From an uncultured Bacteroidota bacterium (GTDB taxonomy: Bacteria > Bacteroidota > Rhodothermia > Rhodothermales > Rubricoccaceae): a stretch of DNA of 64,000 nt. The notes beneath the pieces are model-generated. The model was given only the letters and a program-made list of their open reading frames with translations. It did no database searches and was not told the origin of the DNA. The translations under genes were made by a program, and so were the position numbers. Positions 9,050-15,882 of the stretch are shown one piece after another. Each line of letters begins with the position of its first letter. Position 1 is the stretch's first letter. The stretch lies in contig CAWKCB010000004.1 of assembly GCA_963848075.1 (NCBI GenBank), positions 1,270,376-1,334,375 of the forward strand, written 5' to 3'.

Positions 9050-9469
9050 ATGCGCACGCTCCTCCTCTCCGCCGCCTTGCTGGCGACCGCCGCCAGCGCC
9101 CAGGACGTCCTCTCGGTCACGCCCGACGTGCCGACGGTCGGCGAGCCGGTCACGGTCACGTTCAGCGCGCCCGTCGACTCGGTCACGGTGACGTACCGGC
9201 CCGGAGCCGTGACAGCCCACGAAGAGCGGTTCACGCCCGGCGCAGCTGCGTTCACGTTCACCCCCGAGCGGGCCGGCGTGGTCTCGGTCGCCTCGGGCGA
9301 CGCGAGCCAGAGCCTGTCGGTCCGCTTCCGGGGGACGCCGGTCGGCGGGCTGATCGTGATGATCCTGGCTGGCCTGATCCTGTTCGGCGGGGCCGGCCTG
9401 GCGCTCCGGGCGCTGCTGGCCGACGGCCACCGGATCGAGCCCGACCCGACGCTCCGGCCGGACACGTGA
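9050..9469 (+). CDS. hypothetical secreted, C-terminally membrane-anchored protein
   Basis: Signal peptide MRTLLLSAALLATAASAQ, a beta-rich middle, and C-terminal TM segment GGLIVMILAGLILFGGAGLAL. Confidence 0.6.
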   Translation: MRTLLLSAALLATAASAQDVLSVTPDVPTVGEPVTVTFSAPVDSVTVTYRPGAVTAHEERFTPGAAAFTFTPERAGVVSVASGDASQSLSVRFRGTPVGGLIVMILAGLILFGGAGLALRALLADGHRIEPDPTLRPDT

Positions 9470-9879
9470 CCCGAGCGCTCGCGGTCGCGGTCGTGCTCGC
9501 CGTCGGCGCCCACGCCCAGACGCCGGCCGACGCTCCCGTCCGCTACGAGTCGGTCCGCCTGGGCCACGGTCTCGGCCCGGCTCCCGTGGCCGGGACTGTC
9601 GCCTCTCCTCCACCCGGAGACGACTGGTTCGGCCGCGACAAGGCGCTCCACGCCGGCGGCTCGTTCCTGCTGACGCTGGCGGGCCAGTACGTTCTGACGG
9701 ACAAGGCCGCGCTCTCGAACGGCGACGCGCTGCCAGTCGCCGCCGGGGCCGCGCTCGCGCTCGGCCTGGCGAAGGAGGTGATGGACAGCCGTCGCGAGCG
9801 GGGCCCCCACTTCTGCTGGCGCGACCTCGCCGCCGACGCGGCCGGCGTGGCCCTGGCGGCGGCCGTGGTGGGGCTGTAG
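9466..9879 (+). CDS. YfiM-like (DUF2279) protein
   Basis: GRDKALHAGGSF ... GLAKEVMDSRRERGPHFCWRDLAADAAG parallels E. coli YfiM (QDKAQHF ... KELYDSR ... WSWKDLAWDVAG). GTGA overlap with the upstream gene. Confidence 0.7.
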   Translation: MTRALAVAVVLAVGAHAQTPADAPVRYESVRLGHGLGPAPVAGTVASPPPGDDWFGRDKALHAGGSFLLTLAGQYVLTDKAALSNGDALPVAAGAALALGLAKEVMDSRRERGPHFCWRDLAADAAGVALAAAVVGL

Positions 9880-9970
9880 GGTTCGGGGTTCGGGGTTCGG
9901 GGTTCGGGGTTCGGGGTTCGGGGTTCGGGGTTCGGGGTTCGGGGTTCGGGGTTCGGGGTTCGGGGTTCGG
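9879..9970 (+). repeat. perfect heptanucleotide tandem array (GGGGTTC) x about 13
   Basis: TTC recurs every 7 nt at 13 positions from 9882 to 9968, with GGGG between each. The array starts with the last G of the TAG stop at 9877-9879. Confidence 0.97.
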
Positions 9971-10061
9971 CCGGGACGACTCCGCGCCGGCCTCGATGAT
10001 CGAAGGCCACGGGGCGACAAGACCCCTCCGCACTCGGCGCACCTCGGACTCGCTCGGAGCT

Positions 10062-10089
10062 GAACCCTGAACCGAGAACCCCGAACCGG
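10062..10089 (+). repeat. four degenerate inverted heptads (GAACCCT GAACCGA GAACCCC GAACCGG)
   Basis: GAACC recurs at 10062, 10069, 10076 and 10083. This is the reverse complement of the GGGGTTC unit and lies 92 nt downstream of the main array. Confidence 0.85.
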
Positions 10090-10131
10090 ACGTCGCCCGG
10101 CAGCGCATCCACTCGCCCAACCTCCCCTCCG

Positions 10132-10161
10132 CCATTTCCCCGTCCCCATTTCCCATTTCCC
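10132..10161 (-). repeat. C-rich heptads CCATTTC CCCGTCC CCATTTC CCATTTC (GGGAAAT/GGGGACG on the minus strand)
   Basis: Direct reading shows four 7-nt units upstream of purF. Confidence 0.85.
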
Positions 10162-10218
10162 GCGAGCGGAGCGAGTCCCCCTGCCGTTAACCTGTCCCTC
10201 CGGCCTCCCCCCGACACC

Positions 10219-11733
10219 GTGGACAAAGCGCGCGACCACTGCGGCATCTTCGGCGTGTTCAACCACCCCGACGCCGCCCGGCTGAGCTACTTCGGGCTGC
10301 ACGCCTTGCAGCACCGCGGCCAGGAGTCGGCCGGGATCGTGACGAGCGTCTACGACGAGGCGAAGGGGCGCCGCGTGATGCCGGTGCTCAAGGACTTCGG
10401 GCTCGTGCTCGACGTGTTCACCGACAAGGACCGGTTCGACGACACACTCGTCGGCGACGCGGCGATCGGCCACACCCGGTACTCGACGTCGGGGAGCGCG
10501 ACGAACCCGGCCAACATCCAGCCGTTCGTCGTCCACGACCGCGAGGGCCACTTCGCGCTGGGCCACAACGGCAACCTGTCGAACGCCCGGGCGATCCGCG
10601 AGCGCTTGGTCGAGCGAGGGACCCTGTTCAGCTCGTCGTCCGACACCGAGCTCATCCTGCACCTGGCGGCCCAGAGCAAAGAGGAGGGGCCGGTGGCCCG
10701 GATGGTCGACGCGCTCCACCAGTGCGAGGGCGCGTTCTCGCTCGTCATCCTGACCGACGACGCGCTCATCGCGGCGCGCGACCCGAACGGGTTCCGCCCG
10801 CTCGCGCTCGGCAAGCTCCCGCCGGCCGAAGGCCGCGAGCACTCGGGCTGGGTGGTGGCCTCGGAGTCGTGCGCGTTCGACATCATCGGGGCCGAGTACG
10901 TCCGCGACATCGAGCCCGGCGAGATCCTGGTCATCGACCGGGCCGGCGTCGAGCGCGTCGAGGCCGGCGGCGACTTCAACGGGGTCTGCATGCCGCGCCA
11001 CCACGGCGTGAGCCAGTGCGTGTTCGAGTACGTCTACTTCTCACGGCCCGACTCGATGGTGTTCGGGGCGACCGTCGACAAGGTCCGCCGCAAGATGGGC
11101 AAGCGGCTCGCCCACGACGCGCCGGTCCCCCTCGTCGAGAAGGGCGACGGCAAGCGGCCCATCGTGATGTCGGTCCCGGACTCGTCCAACACGGCGGCCA
11201 TCGGCTACGTCTCGGAGTCGAACAAGATGGGCCACCGCTGCAAGCTGGACATCGGCCTGATCCGGAACCACTACGTCGGGCGCACCTTCATCTCGCCGGG
11301 CCAGTCGAGCCGCGAGCAGCGCGTGCGGACCAAGTTCAACCCGGTCGCCGGCGTCCTGAAAGACCGGGTCGTGGTGATGGTCGACGACTCGATCGTGCGC
11401 GGGACGACGGCCCGCCAGCTGGTCCGGATGGTCCGCGACGCGGGCGCGGCCGAGGTCCACTTCCGGTCGGCGAGCCCGCCGGTCCGGTGGCCGTGCTTCT
11501 ACGGGATGGACTTCCCGTCGCGCGAGGAGCTCGCGGCCAACAAGCACGGGGCCGTCGACGCGATCGCCGACTGGCTCGGGGTCGACTCGCTGGGCTACCT
11601 CTCGGTCGAGGGGATGCTGGCGGCGGTCGAGGAGGCCCACGAGAGTAGGGACCGCTACTGCCACGCCTGCTTCTCGGGCGAGTACCCGGTGCCGATCGAG
11701 ACGGGCGTGGTCAAGGAGGAGAACGACTGGTAG
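10219..11733 (+). CDS. purF: amidophosphoribosyltransferase (glutamine PRPP amidotransferase), Fe-S type
   Basis: Short propeptide then CGIFGVF (N-terminal nucleophile Cys). PRTase motif VVMVDDSIVRGTT. Cys ligand pattern CVFEYVYF, WPCFYG, CHACFSGEYP. GTG start. Confidence 0.95.
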   Translation: MDKARDHCGIFGVFNHPDAARLSYFGLHALQHRGQESAGIVTSVYDEAKGRRVMPVLKDFGLVLDVFTDKDRFDDTLVGDAAIGHTRYSTSGSATNPANIQPFVVHDREGHFALGHNGNLSNARAIRERLVERGTLFSSSSDTELILHLAAQSKEEGPVARMVDALHQCEGAFSLVILTDDALIAARDPNGFRPLALGKLPPAEGREHSGWVVASESCAFDIIGAEYVRDIEPGEILVIDRAGVERVEAGGDFNGVCMPRHHGVSQCVFEYVYFSRPDSMVFGATVDKVRRKMGKRLAHDAPVPLVEKGDGKRPIVMSVPDSSNTAAIGYVSESNKMGHRCKLDIGLIRNHYVGRTFISPGQSSREQRVRTKFNPVAGVLKDRVVVMVDDSIVRGTTARQLVRMVRDAGAAEVHFRSASPPVRWPCFYGMDFPSREELAANKHGAVDAIADWLGVDSLGYLSVEGMLAAVEEAHESRDRYCHACFSGEYPVPIETGVVKEENDW

Positions 11734-11776
11734 CGGGCGCCCGCTGAGGAGGCTCGCCCCGCAGCCGTGGGCGGCG

Positions 11777-12571
11777 TCAGGCGCCGCCGGCCGCCGCGTC
11801 CTCGTCGGCTTGCGCCGTGGGCTCGGCGCTCCCGTCGAGCGCGTCGGCGGCGGGTGCGAGGAGGCCGAGCAGGTCGGAGGTCGTCGCCAGGATCTCGCCG
11901 GCCCCCTCGCGGACCAGCTCGCCCTCCGTCCCGAACCCACACAGCACGCCGACGGCCTGGGCCCCGCCGGCCCGAGCCGTCTGCATGTCGACCGTCGTGT
12001 CGCCGACGACCAAGCACCGCTCGGGCGCGACGCCCATCGCGTCGGCCACGAAGAGGAGCGGGTCCGGGAAGGGCTTCATGCGCGGCGTCGTCTGGGACCC
12101 GGCGATGGCCGTGAAGCGGTCGAGCACGTCGTAGTGGGCGAGGAACGCGCGGATGCGACCTTCGTCGCCGGTCGAGATCGCGCTGATCGGGTAGCGGCCG
12201 CCGAGGTCGCGGAGCATCTCGGCCACGCCCGGGACCATGTCGTGGGGGACCTCGTCGGCCGCCTCGGGCGGGTGCTCCGCCGACCGGTCGCGCTGGCCGC
12301 GCACGTGGGCAAGGAGGTCGGCGATGGCGCCTTTGACGGACGAGAGCTCGTCGTCGATGCCGAGCCGGTCGAGCGCGCCGTAGGCGGCGTTGACCGGCGT
12401 CTCGGCACCCATCACGATCCGCCGCGCGAGCTCTGTGGCCCGTCGCCCGCTCACGAGGGGGACGGCGTTCAGCACCGCCGCGACCTGGGCCACCAGGTGG
12501 TCGTCCGTGTCGGCGAGCGTGCCGTCGATGTCGAACACGAGGGCATCGACGCGGGTAAGGTCGAGGGGCAT
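11777..12571 (-). CDS. HAD-IA family hydrolase (phosphoglycolate phosphatase-like)
   Basis: Motif I FDIDGTLADT, and later VVGDTTVDMQTARAGG (motif IV-like). Confidence 0.8.
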   Translation of the reverse strand: MPLDLTRVDALVFDIDGTLADTDDHLVAQVAAVLNAVPLVSGRRATELARRIVMGAETPVNAAYGALDRLGIDDELSSVKGAIADLLAHVRGQRDRSAEHPPEAADEVPHDMVPGVAEMLRDLGGRYPISAISTGDEGRIRAFLAHYDVLDRFTAIAGSQTTPRMKPFPDPLLFVADAMGVAPERCLVVGDTTVDMQTARAGGAQAVGVLCGFGTEGELVREGAGEILATTSDLLGLLAPAADALDGSAEPTAQADEDAAAGGA

Positions 12572-12901
12572 ACGGACGGGGTGGGAGGCCGGGACTCACG
12601 AATGAGGTCCCACGCCGACTCGTTCCTGCGCGGTCGCCCTCGCGTGCGTCGACAACGCGAGCGGACGGCGGCGAGCCGGCGGAGACCCCCGGCCTCTGTC
12701 GCAGGCCGGAGTCTCGGGGCGGGGCCGGATCGGGAGTGGAAAACACAAGATTGTGCGGACTCGTCTCGCCAGTGTAGACGGGCTCGCCACAACAGGTTGC
12801 GCGCGATGTCTCATGTCCGCTACATTCCAGCCACGTCGAGTTCCCGTTGTGGATAACTTCCTGCGCGGGCCGATTCCTTTCCTCCACCTCACCCCGAACG
12901 G

Positions 12902-12979
12902 ATGAACCGCCTCATCCCCACCATGACGGCAGCAGCGGCCCTCGTCGGCCTCGGTGTCTTCGTCGTGTTCCTGTTCTAG
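12902..12979 (+). CDS. possible 25-aa single-TM micro-protein
   Basis: ATG...TAG ORF below the track cutoff, MNRLIPTMTAAAALVGLGVFVVFLF. Third codon positions are G/C-rich like native genes. Unverified. Confidence 0.3.
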   Translation: MNRLIPTMTAAAALVGLGVFVVFLF

Positions 12980-13008
12980 ACGGCCGCCTCCAAGCCTCCG
13001 TCTAGCTC

Positions 13009-13044
13009 GCGAGCGCCGCCCGGGATCTCCCCGGCGGCGCTCGC
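13009..13044 (+). promoter_or_regulatory. strong GC hairpin between the micro-ORF and ccmC (terminator/attenuator candidate)
   Basis: 12-bp perfect stem GCGAGCGCCGCC / GGCGGCGCTCGC plus 3 inner GGG/CCC pairs and an ATCT loop, followed by GTCGGTTTGG. Confidence 0.35.
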
Positions 13045-13209
13045 GTCGGTTTGGGGGGTTCAGCGAGGCGCCCGCTGGCGGCACGGGTCGAGAGGGTTGC
13101 AGGCCCACAGGCTGGGGTGTCTCCCACGGCCGGCCTCACTCCTCTTTTCACGGTCAGGCGGGTGCGGCGGGCGCATCATGGGCGTTCCCGGGACGACCCG
13201 CCCGCCCTC

Positions 13210-13953
13210 ATGGACCGCGACCTCGCTCTTCCCCGCTACGGACTCGTCTACCGCCTCTTCGGCGTCGTCGTGGCGGTGTGGGTGACGGTCGTGGTGGTGC
13301 TCGGCATCTTGGGCCCGGTCACGAACCTGCCGATCCTGGAGCACACCGCCCGGAACCTCTACTTCCACGTCCCGATGTGGTTCGTGCTGTACGCCGGCGC
13401 CGTCGCCGGGGCGTGGCACGCGGGGCGCTACCTCGCGACCGGCCGGACGGTCCACGACGTCCGCTCGGAGGCGGCCTGGATGGTGTCGACGGTGGCGGGC
13501 GTGACGGCACTCGTGACGGGCGTGATCTGGGCCCGGTTCACGTGGTACCAGGGGACCGGGCTCTGGTGGAGCCCCGAGCCCCGGCAGAACATGGTGGCCG
13601 TCCAGCTGCTGATCTCGGGGGCGTACTTCGTGCTCCGGGGCTCGCTCGACCGGCCCCGCCAGCGCGCCCGGTTGTCGGCCGTCTACGCGCTCTTCGCGAC
13701 CGCCTCGATGCCGTTCCTGACCTACGTCCTCCCCCGGCGGATGGCGAGCCTGCACCCTGGCGCCGAGGGCAACCCGGCCTTTAGCGAGATGGACATCGCT
13801 GCCGACATGCGGTGGATCTTCTACGCCGCCGCGGTGGGCTTCCTCATGCTCGGCTGGTGGCTCTACACCCAGCGCGTCCGCGCCACCGTGGCCACGCTCC
13901 GCACCGAGGCGCTGGGCGCGCCGGACCCCGTCGCGGCCCCCGTCGTCTCATGA
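13210..13953 (+). CDS. ccmC: heme exporter / cytochrome c assembly protein CcmC
   Basis: Polytopic protein with W-rich loop WARFTWYQGTGLWWSPEPRQ (variant WWD motif). It is followed by ccmD- and ccmE-like genes. ATG 13210 chosen inside the longer ORF. Confidence 0.8.
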   Translation: MDRDLALPRYGLVYRLFGVVVAVWVTVVVVLGILGPVTNLPILEHTARNLYFHVPMWFVLYAGAVAGAWHAGRYLATGRTVHDVRSEAAWMVSTVAGVTALVTGVIWARFTWYQGTGLWWSPEPRQNMVAVQLLISGAYFVLRGSLDRPRQRARLSAVYALFATASMPFLTYVLPRRMASLHPGAEGNPAFSEMDIAADMRWIFYAAAVGFLMLGWWLYTQRVRATVATLRTEALGAPDPVAAPVVS

Positions 13954-14171
13954 TCCAGGCCGACACCACCATCGACGTCGTCGACGACGGGGCCGTGCAG
14001 GCCACGACGGCTCAGCCCCAGGGCATCGAGCGCGTGATGCTGGCCGAGGACAAGCTGCCGGTCGTGCTGGCGGTCGTCCTCGTGGTCTGGCTCGGCGTCT
14101 TGCTCCTGCTGCTCCGGACCGACCGCCGGCTCGCCCGCGTCGAGCGCGACCTGGCGGACCGAGAGGCCTAG
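13950..14171 (+). CDS. CcmD-like small membrane protein
   Basis: 73-aa ORF with ATGA overlap to ccmC, a single TM (LPVVLAVVLVVWLGVLLLLL) and a basic tail. Call rests mainly on position between ccmC and ccmE. Confidence 0.55.
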   Translation: MIQADTTIDVVDDGAVQATTAQPQGIERVMLAEDKLPVVLAVVLVVWLGVLLLLLRTDRRLARVERDLADREA

Positions 14172-14202
14172 CCCTTCTTCCCACCCCTTCCGACTCGTTT
14201 CC

Positions 14203-14637
14203 ATGCGTCCCACGACTCTCCTCGGCCTCGCCTTCGTCGGTCTCTTCGGGTTCCTCGTGGTCAACAGCTTTGGCGACCAGGTCTCGGGCTGGGAGACCTT
14301 CGACGACGCCGCCGCCAGCGGCCGGAAGGCCCACGTCGTCGGGACGTGGGTCCGCGACGCGCCGTCGACCTACGACCCGGCCCGCAACGTGTTCACGTTT
14401 TTGATGGCCGACACGTCGGGGACGACGCGGCCCGTCGTCTACGCCAACCCGAAGCCGGCCAACTTCGAGGACGCCACGCGCGTCGTCGTCCAGGGGCGGA
14501 TGACGCAGGCGGGCCAGGGCGAGGTGTTCGAGGCCGAGCACATTCTGGTCAAGTGCCCCTCGAAGTACAACGAGGGCGGCGAGTTCGAGATGGCCGAGCC
14601 CGGGATGCCCGTGACCCAGACGTCGGCCGGGCTGTGA
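14203..14637 (+). CDS. ccmE: cytochrome c maturation heme chaperone CcmE, CxxxY variant
   Basis: N-terminal TM anchor plus OB-like body. ILVKCPSKY aligns with the canonical VLAKHDENY heme-binding segment, with Cys118 (TGC 14554-14556) in place of His. Confidence 0.8.
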   Translation: MRPTTLLGLAFVGLFGFLVVNSFGDQVSGWETFDDAAASGRKAHVVGTWVRDAPSTYDPARNVFTFLMADTSGTTRPVVYANPKPANFEDATRVVVQGRMTQAGQGEVFEAEHILVKCPSKYNEGGEFEMAEPGMPVTQTSAGL

Positions 14638-15176
14638 GCCGACGCCAGCGTCGCCGGTCGGCCCGCCCGGCGAGTCCTGGCCGTCGCACCCGTCGGAGGC
14701 GCTGGCGGCTGCCGCGGGTGAGCCGCTGGGCCTGGATCGGGATCGGCGCGGTCGCCGTCGTGGGGATGGTGGCCGCCGAGGCGCTGGGCTCGCGTCCCGA
14801 CGCCACCGACGCCGACGCGCCCGTCCCGCCGTGCCCGAGCACGCCCAACTGTGCCCGCTTGCGTGTGCCCGTCGCCGCGGCTCCGCTGGCCGTGACCGAG
14901 GCCGTCCATCGCGCGTTTGGCGGCTCGGGCGACAGCGGCCTGGGCGCCCCCGCCGCCTTCGTCCCCACCCCGAACGGCGCGCTGGCGTCGTTCGCGGTCG
15001 GCCCCTTCCAGGACGAGGTCGTCGTCGAGGTCGAGCCGGCCTCGCGAGGCGCCGTTCTGTGGGTCCGGAGCGCGTCCGAGGCGGGGCGGAGCGACCTCGG
15101 CGTGAACCGCCGCCGGGCTCGGCGCGTCGTGGAGGCCGTCGCCGCGTGGCTCCCCCCGGACGCGGTGGGGCCGTAG
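14634..15176 (+). CDS. DUF1499-like protein
   Basis: PPCPSTPNCARLRV resembles the CPxxPNC signature of DUF1499. GTGA overlap with the ccmE stop. A later start such as VSRWAW is possible. Confidence 0.55.
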   Translation: MSRRQRRRSARPASPGRRTRRRRWRLPRVSRWAWIGIGAVAVVGMVAAEALGSRPDATDADAPVPPCPSTPNCARLRVPVAAAPLAVTEAVHRAFGGSGDSGLGAPAAFVPTPNGALASFAVGPFQDEVVVEVEPASRGAVLWVRSASEAGRSDLGVNRRRARRVVEAVAAWLPPDAVGP

Positions 15177-15249
15177 GCCGGCGGGCCGGTGGCGGCTCCC
15201 TCCCCATGTTACGTCGGCCCCCTTCCTCTCCCCCCGCACTCCGTTTCCC

Positions 15250-15726
15250 ATGTCCGTCCCCACGAAGGAAGAGCTCCAGGGCATCGTCGACACCATGAAG
15301 TCGCTGGGGGCGGGGGACCTCCGGCTGCCGCCGCCCGTGCTGGAGGAGATGGAGGCCGAGATCCGCGACTACCGGCCAGTCGAAGGCGACGGGATCGGCG
15401 CGGCGATGGTGGCCCGCTTCCCCGTCCTCGAGCGCTACCAGAACCCGATGGGGCTGATGCAGGGCGGAATGGTGGCCGCGGCCGTCGACAACGTGGTCGG
15501 CCCGCTGAGCTACCTGGTGGCGCCGCCCAGCGTGACGGCCCAGCTCACGATGACCTACCTCGGCCCGGTCACGCCCGACCTGGGCTATGTCGAGGTCGAG
15601 GCCCAGCTCGTCGCCCGGTCGGGCCGACAACTCGTGTTCGACGCGACCGTCTCGGCGCCCGACGGCCGCCAGCTCGCCGTGGCCCGGTCGACGAACACGA
15701 TCGTGCGGAGGGGGACCGGGAAGTGA
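15250..15726 (+). CDS. PaaI-family hotdog-fold thioesterase
   Basis: NPMGLMQGGMVAAAVDNVVG core motif and typical length of about 150 aa. Confidence 0.8.
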   Translation: MSVPTKEELQGIVDTMKSLGAGDLRLPPPVLEEMEAEIRDYRPVEGDGIGAAMVARFPVLERYQNPMGLMQGGMVAAAVDNVVGPLSYLVAPPSVTAQLTMTYLGPVTPDLGYVEVEAQLVARSGRQLVFDATVSAPDGRQLAVARSTNTIVRRGTGK

Positions 15727-15882
15727 GGAGTGGAGACGACGGAGGGGGCGGAGAAGGCGGAAGGGGTAGAGAGCCCCCTCCTGCCGTTCCATCCCCTCCC
15801 CCCTCCGCACCCTCGCGCCTCTTTCGAGGGACGCTCGGCCCGGAGTGTCGAGACTCCGCCCAGAGCTCCCCGACCGCACGCG

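Noticed and set aside
9879-9970. Possible CRISPR array
   Set aside because: The unit is only 7 nt and the units are contiguous, with no spacers. This is a microsatellite, not a CRISPR. No cas genes lie in the window.
7108-11004. 1298-aa ORF on the minus strand, the longest in the track
   Set aside because: Its composition is dominated by R/G/P/E/D/A, as expected for an off-frame or antisense reading of about 70% GC DNA. It runs antisense to clearly real genes (NSS transporter, purF) and straight through the heptad repeat array. No domain-like segment is visible.
12572-12901. Possible known ncRNA (tmRNA, RNase P, SRP RNA, 6S) in the long HAD/ccmC intergenic region
   Set aside because: None of the hallmark sequences I know is visible, for example the GAGGAAAGTCCGGGC-type RNase P core, the SRP GGAAGCAGCC helix, or a tmRNA tag ORF. 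It is kept only as an unexplained region in the findings.
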